A DNA stretch of 63,097 nt, the filler included, from Lenisia limosa (Eukaryota; Protista; Breviatea), in assembly GCA_001655205.1 (NCBI GenBank). It is 15 parts of 15 records of this genome, joined end to end, with 100 filler letters (N's around TTAATTAATTAA, not from the genome) between each part and the next. Parts side by side here need not be neighbours in the genome. Positions count along the whole stretch, not along the records: positions 31,056 to 35,917 come from LPNZ01006210.1; positions 36,018 to 38,590 come from LPNZ01005927.1; positions 38,691 to 42,368 come from LPNZ01008525.1; positions 42,469 to 55,069 come from LPNZ01008955.1; 11 more parts are not named here. The stretch is one strand, 5' to 3'. Below, in pieces: positions 35,421 through 47,353 of this stretch (the stretch's first letter is position 1; each line of letters starts with the position of its first letter). The position numbers and the translations under genes are program-made. The notes beneath the pieces are model-generated. The model was not told the DNA's origin and did no database searches. It saw only the letters and a program-made list of their open reading frames with translations.

Positions 35421-36082
35421 TAATATGGTAACTATGAAGCCACATACCGATAAATGCGCCAATAAGGTAGCCCAGACAGATGAAAACAACGATCAGGGAG
35501 CCCTAGAATAATGAATCATAAAAATAATTTCAATAAAGATGAAATAAAACAAGGTTTCTCTAGCTGAAGCCTTCCATTGTGTATCAGTTCTATGCAAAAA
35601 TACCAAAAACAGTCGGCATTTGGCCAATTATTGCTCCAACGTCACCCAGACAGAGAAAAAGACAATTAATCTCCTCCAACCTTCATGATGGTCTTGGTTT
35701 CTCTGAAGACAACTGTGTTAAGAGGGCTGATGTGGTGGAATGCATGCGTACTAAGGATATTAGGGGAACTTATGGAGGACCGTAATAAAAGGTTTTTATT
35801 CGCTTTATCAAGAACAGTTTTTGTTTGAATTAACAAAATTCATTTTTATCTTATGACCCCCTCTCCATCCTAAACTCAGGTTTTTGCTGTTTCTTCCTTC
35901 TCCTTCCACCCCCCATCNNNNNNNNNNNNNNNNNNNNNNNNNNNNNNNNNNNNNNNNNNNNTTAATTAATTAANNNNNNNNNNNNNNNNNNNNNNNNNNN
36001 NNNNNNNNNNNNNNNNNCAGTTTTGTCCCTGATTCACAGTTTTGTCCCGTGATTCATGTTTTGTCCCATCACATATAGTATA

Positions 36083-36718
36083 TAGTCAAAGCTCCGGACA
36101 TCATTCAGAATCTCCGGACACATCAAAACTCCCGGACAGCTTGAATTTTCCCTATAAAAGTACTATAAACTTCATTTTCATGTTATTTTCGAAAGTAATT
36201 TAAGTTATAATCACAGGATAGAATGCGATTTTGACATATTCTTGGCTCAAACCCAAATTAAGTCACTTGGCTACCCGTTTGCGGCCCTTAAACTGCCACA
36301 AACAACCAAAACCGTTATAATCGGCCACATTCATGGAATAAATGGCAACTATCCGGGAAAGTTTGACCTTGTTGAGCACTATTTTGAACATTTTTCTCTC
36401 AAAATTCACCATAACCAATTTCTCCGAGGGGTACAATTTTTTGTTTCTTCACACAAAAGAGGGATAGATTTAGAAAAAAAAAACCCGTGAAAAGGCAAAA
36501 GGGGCCACTCCCGGGAGACCAAATTCACGGATTTTTGACACTTGCTCAAAATTTTTTAAAAAGTTGGGGAACACATTAAGAGGTCATTTTCTTTATATAT
36601 CTGTCGAACCAGTTTTGTATTAAACACTATCGTTGACCTATACAAGGGGTCAAGCTGTCCGAGAGTTTTGATGTGTCCGGTGAATTTTGAATGCTGTCCG
36701 GAGCTTTGAGGACCCACA
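36083..36718. mobile_element. Family F ~640-bp non-autonomous TIR element with TA flanks
   Basis: ~55-bp inverted arms TCAAAGCTCCGGACATCATTCAGAAT.TCCGGACACATCAAAACTCCCGGACAGCTTGA; TA at both ends; homolog at 45166-45834 in the opposite orientation. Confidence 0.85.
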
Positions 36719-36743
36719 TAGTATATTCATTAGGCTTATACAG

Positions 36744-38590
36744 ATACGATTATATGTTGCCATTCTAACCAAGCAGGGTGTCTACATGTACCGACACAAC
36801 CTGTCTTGCGTCAACAGACTGAAGAGAATCATTGCGTGCAAGGACCCGGTGAGATGTGTTCCTCTTCATCATGTTACTGTTAATCTCCATCATGTTACTG
36901 TCAATCTCCATCATGTCACTGTTAATCTCCATCATGTTACTGCTTCATCACATGTTACTGATAATCTCCTTATTGTTCTGATTCTACCTTATCGTTATTA
37001 TTTCAATTTCCAATACGCTTAAAAGGACAAACGTCAGTCATTTTAGTAATTTCACTCCGCAGCAACAACTGAACATCCTTGAGAACCTTGGCATCATGAT
37101 TGTCCGCGAAGGAGGCCGACTCACCTCTTACGCTCTCATGAGTCTCGCGACACAGCCCCGCGCTCTACCAGGTAGGGCGGTGCTGCAGAAGCGACTGGCC
37201 TGGGATTTGTTTGTTTTNNNNNNNNNNNNNNNNNNNNNNNNNNNNNNNNNNNNNNNNNNNNNNNNNNNNNNNNNNNNNNNNNNNNNNNNNNNNNNNNNNN
37301 NNNNNNNNNNNNNNNNNNNNNNNNNNNNNNNATCTCTACCAGGTGAGGCCAAGGGGACTGTCGTGTGGATGTTTTCAGCTAGTACCCCCAGCAGTCACAC
37401 AATAACTATATGATATCCACCTTGTCTTCTTTTCTGTGTTACATATATCGACTTGGTTCAATATTTACTCTACCACAATCTTGATGTACAATTTCTCTGT
37501 ATCTTACGTTTACAGGTTGAAAACATTGACGGAGACACTTTCATTGCTATCGGCGCCAAGAAAGACGTGGGGGGGGGGTAAACTAATTGGGATGCGGNNN
37601 NNNNNNNNNNNNNNNNNNNNNNNNNNNNNNNNNNNNNNNNNNNNNNNNNNNNNNNNNNNNNNNNNNNNNNNNNNNNNNNNNNNNNNNNNNNNNNNNNNNN
37701 NNNNNNNNNNNNNNNNNNNNNNNNNNNNNNNNNNNNNNNNNNNNNNNNNNNNNNNNNNNNNNNNNNNNNNNNNNNNNNNNNNNNNNNNNNNNNNNNNAGC
37801 CTAACCGTCCCGGCCAACGTCGCCACCTTGTCCTTCTGTGGCCGAGCCATGATCATCGGCTGCGCGTCGTCGTTCCATATTGCGCACCCGTTCGAAAACG
37901 CCCCGGTTGCCCTTCTCTTCAAGCCCAGGGTTGGTCTCGGGGAAAGTTGGAATGCCTCTCTACTCCACCAAAACTGATTCTTACTCCTATCGAAAATGAT
38001 TGACAAGAGCTTCACTTTCGGTTCCACACAAGACGGAATTGCGATTACTCCTCGATATACATAGGGCTTCACTTCGGTTCGAAAAAAGACGAATTTCTCG
38101 ATAAAACCTCAAAAACTATCAATATTTTACCGGTATTTTTCGAACCGAAGTAAAGCCCTATATACTATCATTACTTGGAACCTCAAGCCAAGGTCTAGTT
38201 TTGACAATCGAGACAAAGTTGTCATATTCTTTGACTAAAGTGAAACCCTACTTATTTACACCAAGGCTGCCCTTGTCCCCCTCTGTGCGATTCTGGTCCA
38301 AGACTCAACCTTCCTTCTCTGCTACAACACCATGGGGGTCATAGTCGACGCAAATGGCGAAGGTGGGAACGGGGCTTTATTGGATATAAATGGCGCGAAG
38401 GAGTTTGGGATGGGCTGTATTGTTTAGTGGGTATTAAGGGCACATTTTGGTACCTATATAATGGAGTGGCACCTTTTATTGTTAGTGTATTTTCTTGCCC
38501 TCAAACCGCTTTGCCATACTTTGAGTTTGTGACCTCGCAGATACCCGAAAGCTGAAGTTCGATGTCAAGTGGAACGGCCTGCCCATCCAC
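36744..38590 (+). CDS. CNH (citron homology) domain protein (partial)
   Basis: Exons: YVAILTKQGVY; QQLNILENLGIMIV; LCAILVQDSTFLLCYNHMGVIVDANGE|DTRKLKFDVKWNGLP, matching the CNH C-terminal FLLCY..GV.V..G...W.G.P pattern. Confidence 0.8.
36886..36970. repeat. 21-bp intronic tandem repeat x3-4
   Basis: CATCATGTTACTGTTAATCTC units. Confidence 0.85.
38062..38160. mobile_element. Family A MITE
   Basis: TAGGGCTTCACTTCGGTTCGAAAAAAGAC...TTTTTCGAACCGAAGTAAAGCCCTA; TSD only partly matching. Confidence 0.88.
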
Positions 38591-38690
38591 NNNNNNNNNN
38601 NNNNNNNNNNNNNNNNNNNNNNNNNNNNNNNNNNTTAATTAATTAANNNNNNNNNNNNNNNNNNNNNNNNNNNNNNNNNNNNNNNNNNNN

Positions 38691-41038
38691 AACGCCAAGG
38701 ACGGCTTCGGGGAGGTTGAGAGATGCTAGGCTGACTGAACTGTCTCTAACGTCGCAGTGTCCGTCTACCACCTATGGAGAAGGGTGGGTGAAATGGTAAA
38801 TTAGGAAACAAATAACAAAGCCCCCAAAAAAAGAACCCAAAGGCAAATAATGAAAAAAAGCCGAAAATCAACCCAGTTGCAATTCTTGAGAGGGGGGGGG
38901 GGGANNNNNNNNNNNNNNNNNNNNNNNNNNNNNNNNNNNNNNNNNNNNNNNNNNNNNNNNNNNNNNNNNNNNNNCAATATAATGCTATTTTTAACAAAAA
39001 GTTAGAAACAAAAATAATAATAAAAAATAAACAATCGTCAGAAGTCGTTGGAAATAATGAAGCAATAAGTTATCAAATTAGGTGTGACATATTGTCACGA
39101 GTACTCCTTTCCAGACACTTGAATTTCAAATGATTAATCTTTAAAAAAAATTAACAAAATAAACCTTCTTCCCTCCCCTGATAAAATCCAAACCTCAATA
39201 ACTTCCTTCGAAATCAACGAAGCCGTCAACTCCTCAACAAATAGCGGGTTACCGGAGGAGCGCTAAAAAGGACGATAAAATCGTTAGATAATGTGGATAA
39301 GTTGTCTTGATGGCATCCCTATGAATGTATTTCTTTTCCAATATTTTTATTGTATTGCACTTCTTGCCCCTAAAATATGAGAAGTAGTTGAAGACAAACG
39401 AACATTGGTAGTATATCCCCTTTTTGGTCATTTTCACAACCCAGTCTACCTACCTCATGTATGAACTTGACAAGTTTGGGCTGGATCGTCCTGGGGGGGG
39501 GGGNNNNNNNNNNNNNNNNNNNNNNNNNNNNNNNNNNNNNNNNNNNNNNNNNNNNNNNNNNTAAACATGGATAATTTATGAAACAAAATAAAAAAAGTCA
39601 AAAAATGTTAAGGCAAGATCTCAACCGGCAAATGCCTCGGATGGATTTGGCTCGGTTTTGCTAAAAGGCTTTTTCATTTGTCTTCAATTTTAAAGCATAC
39701 AGCTCCCTGCCGCTATATTATATACTTATTTATTTCATGACGTCACCTTCTGCCAGTTTGCCAATTGGCCACGCAGGTCTTTTTATTTCTACTGTAGGCT
39801 GAGGATTGTTAATCATCATTTATTTCTTGAAATAGACAGCTACCTACACTGAAAATTGGACTTCCGGCCTTATATTCAGAGTTGACATCTTGAACAAGGG
39901 CAAACGTGTGTTATCGTTTTTCATAATCAACAATACTCAGGAACTCGAGATATATATTATTTTACAATCTGCTGGTTATCACGCTTTCAAATTATATTTT
40001 GGTGAAAATTTGGTAACACTTATACAAAAATCCAAGGCAATTTTTGAGATCCTGCTTTACGATGCAAAAACAAACAACCAATAAAATAAAATAATAAAAA
40101 AAAAAACGAAAGAGAATATCAAAAGAAACGCTCCCAATAAATTTTAAAAAAGAAAACCCAGCAAAATCCCTATTCGCCGCATACTTGGCAGAAACAAGCC
40201 TCTTCACGATGCATCCAACGTCCCTTGGAACCAGACTATAATAAGTGAGTGAAAGGTGTATGGTTATTCTAAGTAAATAGCTTGTAACAAGACTATAATG
40301 AGTGTACAGTAGTTAGGTATTGTAAGTACAGCCTGTGACCAGACTTGAGTGAGTTAATGCACGGTTCTGTGTTATTCCAAGTAAATAGCTTATAGTGGGT
40401 ATTTGGTTTTTGTTGGCTAAAGTAGCCCCTCAGAAGTGGGGTGTCTGAATATCTTGGAAATTATCGAAAATTATCGATATTTTACCTGTATTTTTCGAAC
40501 CGAAGTTTATTCACCCTATACAAACCCATATATAGAGCAACTTTTCCATCACTTAACTCAACTCCCAACATCTCTCCCCTCATTATTGCTGCTCCATTGC
40601 CAACCCCCATTATTATTATATTGCTGATTACCAACCACGCACCTGTGGAGAGTCAATAATTTGGTACTGCCCTTGCTGCTCAAACGAACAAAGTCCACAG
40701 GAGGTGGTGAAGTTGCCACATCGAACGGTCGGAGCATCATAACAAGTACCTGGGGAGGGGGGGGGGAGTAAAACGAAGGAAATTGGGGTAAAATTAGAAA
40801 GTTAAGAAGCAACAAAAGCCCAAATCAACTCTGTTGAAAACACAAAGGTTGACAACAACAACACAAACAAAGTCCAGACCAGTCGCTTCTGTAGATAGTG
40901 TGTGTTTGTGTGTTTACCCCCCACAATTGGTAATGAAGACGCCTGTGCCGCAAGCGTAGCCAAAACGGCCCAACTCGCACTATCCAGCAAATGCGCATCG
41001 TTAATGAAGAGAACTGTCGGAGTGTGTCCAAGGGCGGC
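38691..41038 (-). CDS. STAND/AAA_16 ATPase region resembling soluble adenylyl cyclase (ADCY10)-type proteins (partial; further exons likely up to 42368)
   Basis: 40925-41038 TVLFINDAHLLDSASWAVL (Walker B-like), VLVMMLRP, KTIQPKLVKFIHE|RSSGNPLFVEEL (39194-39262), LNLPEAVLGV. No cyclase domain is visible in this scaffold. Confidence 0.75.
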
Positions 41039-41122
41039 CTAAGAGATGAGGGTGGTAGTAAAATTGAAATTTATGAAACACAAAAAAAGCCCAGAAGGGT
41101 TGATAACAACACGTGTAACAAA

Positions 41123-41209
41123 GAGCGCTTCACTTCGGTTCAAAATATCGATAATTTTCGAGGATTTATCGAGAAATTCAGTCTTGTTTCGAACCAAAGT
41201 GAAGCCCTA
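41123..41209. mobile_element. Family A MITE with a perfect 8-bp TSD
   Basis: gtaacaaa at 41115-41122 and 41210-41217; inserted inside a family C repeat. Confidence 0.9.
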
Positions 41210-42011
41210 GTAACAAACCTGCAGAAGATAGACAATCACAGCGGCAGTTTTGGTGGTTCTATCCCGCGGGGCTAATGTTGTCGTAAACGAGTTTTCTGGG
41301 GGAGTCAGACAGCTAAACATTTGCTGGGTGAGAGGGGTATGCAAATGGAAATTTCCGAAAATAAAAGAAAATAATAATCAATCAATCCAACGATACCCCC
41401 CTCCCCTCTCCATGCAACACCCCAGGCATATACTATACCCCCAAGTACCCGGGACTGCCCGGGGTGCAACGCCATTCAGAAGTGGGCCGTAGGCTTCTAA
41501 GACCGCGCTGATTGGAGAGTGGAATCGCGGAACTTTCTGGGGGATGAAGGGAGTAAAATTGGGAAAATTTATGTATCAAAAAAGCCCGAAATCAACTCTG
41601 TTGGCTGACAACACAGGAGAGTTGATAGCAACAAAACAAATAAAGCCCAGCCAGTCGTTTCAGCAGAGATGGGGGGAGGGGGTATTGGCAAAATCTCATC
41701 TACAAACCTGACAAGTAAAGTCCAAGTAAAAAACCTATTGAAACACCCCTAACGTTTCGAGAAGACGGGAAAGGCATATCACGGGTGTCTCTGAAGAGCG
41801 ATTGTGATGCTGCTTTCTTCATCGCTGATGAGGGGGTTTGACCCGGCCCTGATTCGACCTGTTGGGGTTGTGAGGGGAGAGAGAGAGTACAAATAACAAG
41901 ACCATAGAATGGAAATATATGAAGGACGTGTAAGGGCGAACAAAAAAAGGGAATTTCGATGCAAAATATTGGCTTGAAGGTACTAGTCACGAACTGAATA
42001 ATCTGAAACTT

Positions 42012-42056
42012 CAAACAAAACAAAACAAAACAAAACAAAACAAAACAAAACAAAAC
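42012..42056. repeat. (CAAAA)n microsatellite within a family D copy
   Basis: About 9 perfect units. Confidence 0.9.
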
Positions 42057-42469
42057 AGAACAACACAAGTAAAAACAATAATAAAAACAAGCAAAAACAA
42101 GAGCAACCAATGGTAAAACAAGACAAACAACAGATTGCAAATAATTTGCAGGAGCTAAGATTGATACCCCCCTCCCCCAGGAAGTAGAAACATTAATATC
42201 ATGACTCTGTGGTATTAATTTTTCAAGGATATATTAGTAATATAAAATAAGAAATATAATAGTATACCCCCCCCCCCCACAGTTACTCTTGGGATGTTGG
42301 CAGCAGGGTTGTGGTGCAACCCCATGAAATCCTCCGGCTGCGATGGGATGGGCTTGTTGGGTGGAGAGNNNNNNNNNNNNNNNNNNNNNNNNNNNNNNNN
42401 NNNNNNNNNNNNTTAATTAATTAANNNNNNNNNNNNNNNNNNNNNNNNNNNNNNNNNNNNNNNNNNNNT

Positions 42470-43719
42470 CATTCTTTTGATAAGACGAGCCACGGATTCG
42501 GTGCTCTTCAGATGCTGGACCAGAGTTTGTCTTGCGCTCACGTCATCAAAATCCGACTCTGGGAAGGTATGAATCGCCAATCAATGTTTGTATCCGAACC
42601 CAAAAAAGACTGAATATCTCAATCAGTTCTCAATAAGAAGCAAAAACCGAAGGTATCACTAACTAACCGTCAGAAGAAGAGTTGACCTCAAGCTCTCCAT
42701 CACTGTCAAACTACAGTGTTGATGATGTTATTCTATCTTTTCAATTCAACATAAAAGGAGAAAAAAAACTGTTTTCGAGAAAGTGTAATGAGCATCATGA
42801 ACAAAAAATAGCTTGCTGAAAAAATGACATTGATAGCATATTTATTACCATTTTGCAAACCTTGTCACTGATCTTCTTGGCAGCTGCAGCCTTCTGGGGA
42901 TCTTGACGGATTTCCTAAAGTGTTACTCATCTTTTATTACGATTGATATTGAGAAATATCTGGAAGAAAAGAGAGTCTGGTGGCCATTGTTATTGCGTGT
43001 GAAAGGCCACTCTCAGTATCTGCCCACTTTGAGATGAGCTGTTTCCCATTCTTTGTATTCTTTGTCCCAGCCATCGGCATCTTCATCCTGGTCAATGTCG
43101 TTGTAGTAGAAAGAGCCACTGCGGTGTGACGATCAGGGGACATCCGGGATTAACATTGTCATATCTTGATCAAAACAGCATAAACAAAAGAAAGAATAAA
43201 AAAAAATAAAACCAGCCAACGTGTGATCAAAGCGACCTTCCTTTCGCTCTTGAATAAGATTAAATGGCTCAATTGGGATTTCAGACTCCTCCTCGTGGAC
43301 CTGGGTCACCTCTTCTCCTTCGACTTCTCCGAGGTCTGGTTTGGCCTGAAATCGTGGGAAGAGTTGTAACGAGTTGAGCTACCAAAGGATTTTTTATCAA
43401 TTAAAGAAGGAAATAGAATGCCCCCTCCCCCTGACATCATCATCCTCGTCATCTTCGTCATGTACAAAGAGTCTTTCACTGACTCGGTACTTTGTTTCCT
43501 CCTCCTCTCCCTCTTTTTTCTCGGGGGCTGGAACATCCTGTGATGTAAAATATCAACAAAAACAATGAAAATAAACAGCAAAATAAAGTTGATACCAAAG
43601 AACGGAAAACAGAACAGTGTTTTATTCAGAAACATAACATCACCAACCATCTTTTCCTCTTTTTTGAGCACCTTTTTTTGGACTGCTTGGGGGCGTTTCT
43701 TCGCGTCACCGAAGCTCAC
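42470..43719 (-). CDS. CD2BP2: CD2BP2/LIN1 (U5 snRNP 52K)-like protein (partial)
   Basis: VSFGD.. N-terminal, acidic exon, EIPIEPFNLIQERKEGRFDH|..GSFYY..DGW (FNL.EE..EG.FD..G.Y motif), LVQHLKSTESVARLIKRM (cf. LLPGETV..ALRRL). GYF domain not reached. Confidence 0.7.
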
Positions 43720-44479
43720 CTGACGAGTAAAAAATGGAAATGTATGAAACAAAAGACGGGGTTAATTCAAAGCTGGCGCAATAGCAGCCCTAATACTCCA
43801 CAAAACAGCCTGTACGGTTGGTTAATAATAGCCTCGGAAGAAAGGAAATCAGGGAGCTGCGAAAGGACGTAATTCCCAAGACGTGCTTGAATCGAAATAG
43901 AGCAAGCAAGGGTTTGAACACAATATCTCGCCAACATTTGATTTGCGTTGGGGAGCTCTGACTTCCCTGCCTGGCTTTTTCATATTTACCATCTTGAATT
44001 TGTAATCGACGAATGGATGAATAATAAGGCAATTGAAAGTTGTGTTATTCCAGTTATTCTTGATTTTGTTGATTTCTTCAAGATTTCTTCTGTTTCTTCG
44101 GTCAGTGGGTTAATTCATAATTTATACTGCAAACGTGGGGCAGGAGGGGGGAGGGGGGTGGGGAGAATTGCGGCGCCAGTGGTTTTACTGCGCCTTTAAC
44201 AATCAATCAATCAAGTATATAGTCACTTCTAGTAGTTGGGTAGTTGGTTCACACCCCGGTTGCCCGGTTGCGGTAACCGACCAGTTAGGTGCCAGTGACC
44301 GTTTGGTTTTGGAATGGTTGTTGTTTTTCTTTTCAATGGAAGTTGCTGAAGTTCCTTATTGAAAATTGCTAAAGTAAATAAAGTGATAAAGCAGTGATAA
44401 AGTGATTTGTTTATTCGTCTCTTACTAATACAAAACATTAGGGGTGGGTGGGTCACTTTATTTTTACGATGCTTATCTC

Positions 44480-46860
44480 AAACCACAGTACCAAAACATC
44501 CAACTACTCGATGAGCAATCGCTCCCATCTCTGCAACCTCAACTTCAAAAATGCATAATAAATATACTGTAATAAAAGTAAAATCCCAAGGCAAACTTTC
44601 TTAACAATAATGAATAAGAAAGTCAGTGCAGTAGATGAGAGTATGTTATTTTATACCCATTTCTCCAAGTCACAGGGCATCTTCTGTGGTAGCATATTGT
44701 ACACCTGAAAACGATAAGTCGAATAATTGTAATTGCATTACTTTGAGTCCAGCCACGTGATCAAAGTAGTAGTATATTGACAAAGACAGGTATTAATGCA
44801 ACCGGGGCTACTCACATCAAGTCCGAATGATGGGTCGGGTTTACCCAGAACACCACTGATGTAACTATAGCTCAAGTCCCCTTTTGCAATCTGTAGAATG
44901 AACTATGTGAACAATTTGTGGGGGGGGGGGGGNNNNNNNNNNNNNNNNNNNNNNNNNNNNNNNNNNNNNNNNNNNNNNNNNNNNNNNNNNNNNNNNNNNN
45001 NNNNNNNNNNNNNNNNNNNNNNNNNNNNNNNNNNNNNNNNNNNNNNNNNNNNNNNNNNNNNNNNNNNNNNNNNNNGAAGAAATTATTAAAGAAAAAAGAG
45101 GAAATTGGTGAGCAGTTTTTGTTACATATGAATTATGGCTACATGGCAATCTCATATAATATATATGTGGGTCCTCAAAGCTCCGGACATCATTCAGAAT
45201 TCCCGGACACATCAAAACTCCCGGACAGCTTGAAGTTGACACCTTGTATAGGCCATTGCTAGTGTTTTTTGAAAAATGCTTCGACAGATACATAGAGAAA
45301 TGGACCTCCTAATGTTCCCTAACTTTGTTTTTCAATTTTGAGCAAATGTCAAAAATCCGTGAATTTGGTCTCCCAAATGTCCCCCTTTTGCCTTTTCACA
45401 GGATTTTTTTCTGAATCTTACCCTCTTTTAGTGTTAAGNNNNNNNNNNNNNNNNNNNNNNNNNNNNNNNNNNNNNNNNNNNNNNNNNNNNNNNNNNNNNN
45501 NNNNNNNNNNNNNNNNNNNNNNNNNNNNNNNNNNNNNNNNNNNNNNNNNNNNNNNNNNNNNNNNNNNNNNNNNNNNNNNNNNNNNNNNNNNNNNNNNNNN
45601 NNNNNNNNNNNNNNNNNNNNNNNNNNNNNNNNNNNNNNNNNNNGTTTTTGACAGTTTTTTGACCGTAAATAGAGAGCTTAGGGACTTAATTTGGTTTTGA
45701 CTCGATAATATGTTAAATTGGGGTTTCATTATTTGATTAAGATTGAGATTACTTTCAAAAACAGAAGGGAAATAGGGTTTCTGGGTGGTTTTGATGTGTC
45801 CGGGAATTTTGAATGATGTCCGGAGCTTTGACTATACATATATATGATATAATACTATGTAATACAATTGTAAGACAAATATTACACACACACAGAAACT
45901 ACATTGGGGGTAACCTAAAGTCACCTTCAATTGAGTTAAATGCCAATGGCTTTCTGAATCGTTGAAGGCTTTTTCCAACGAAGAGGTCAAAAACTCTTTC
46001 ACTTGCCTCTTGCCGTCACTAATAAAACACAAGGTTGAAGATTTATTGGCCGATGTGGACAAAATAGATGCTGGTAGAAATTATACTGATCCTTTTGAAG
46101 TAGATGACAGTTCTTTTGTAGAATTAAGCTTTTCGGATTCATATATGATATACTATGTCCCTATCTATTTCGGCATATGTGGGAAAGTTGCTAATATTAT
46201 ATTCGGGCTTTTACGGTATATTATACTATAAAAACATGAAACAACTTAAACAAATTTCAAACTGAAGCCAACACACTATTGCATTATAAATAAGGATACT
46301 GAATAGTTTAACATTAATCAACCCGATCATAAGTAGCTCGACGGTATCAAATCAGTCAATCACTTATCAGATTACAGGGATATATAAGATATATAGTGAC
46401 CGCTATTAACACCATTATTTATTATTGGAGGTTGCAAAAAGACATGTATTAGTGTTGCGCTCTAAGCCCATTTGATCAACACAATACCATGGAGACTCGA
46501 TGTCGACAACAACAGCTCTCTTCACATACCGGATAAGAGTCGCCTCTCATTGTCCAGAACGTTGGTTCAAACATGTGCATTTTATCCTAAAGAAATTTAT
46601 GTCAGGGTCAGTAATTAAAACTATTAAAGAATACCGGTGAAATTATCAAATAATGTTATGACACCCCATCGGCTGAAGCCGTCCACACCATCACGTTAAT
46701 AAGAGATATTGGATTATAATATTAATTCACCCAATCGTTTGCCAATAGGATAATAGATAATTAAACAGCCACCCTACCCTCGCTTGTCGAAACATGGAGT
46801 CGTTTTGTCACAACTCCGTCAAACCCGGATGGCACATGATTTCCACGACTTGACCAAAAT
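44480..46860 (-). CDS. Scattered probable exons of an unidentified gene
   Basis: Open AG/GT-bounded segments (IAKGDLSYSYISGVLGKPDPSFGLD at ~44815-44890; SILSTSANK..LTQLKVTL at ~45915-46060); no family recognised. Confidence 0.3.
45166..45834. mobile_element. Family F non-autonomous TIR element
   Basis: TA|TGTGGGTCCTCAAAGCTCCGGAC ... GTCCGGAGCTTTGACTA|TA; interior colinear with 36083-36718 (reverse). Confidence 0.85.
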
Positions 46861-47353
46861 CTATAGGTGGAGGTTTGGTGTTTATTGCTTTCTCCAATAT
46901 TTTCAGATTCTGTAATTGAAGAGTGGCATGACTGAAATCCTGGCTCGTTTGACTCAGGGGGTGGTGGAGGTAGTGGGGGAGGGGAGAGAGAGACTCGTTG
47001 GCTCTGGGGCTTTCTGTTACCATTGTTCTTTATTTTTTACTATGTGGGGACACTTGGACTCCCCTCAACACTTCTGGTCTACAGTCTACGTCTACGTCTA
47101 CGTCAAGGCTTCTTAGGCCTCTGTGTCAAAGCGTCAAAGCAACGTCAAGATAAAAGCTCAACGCTCAACACAGGGAGTATACCTGGGGGGGGGGGGGNNN
47201 NNNNNNNNNNNNNNNNNNNNNNNNNNNNNNNNNNNNNNNNNNNNNNNNNNNNNNNNCAAAAAGCAAAAAACAGCAAATAAATCAGGTGAAAAGCCCAGGA
47301 AAAACCCCTAAAGGCAGGATAATAGGGAACGGATTTCCTTAATCAAGAGCGAG

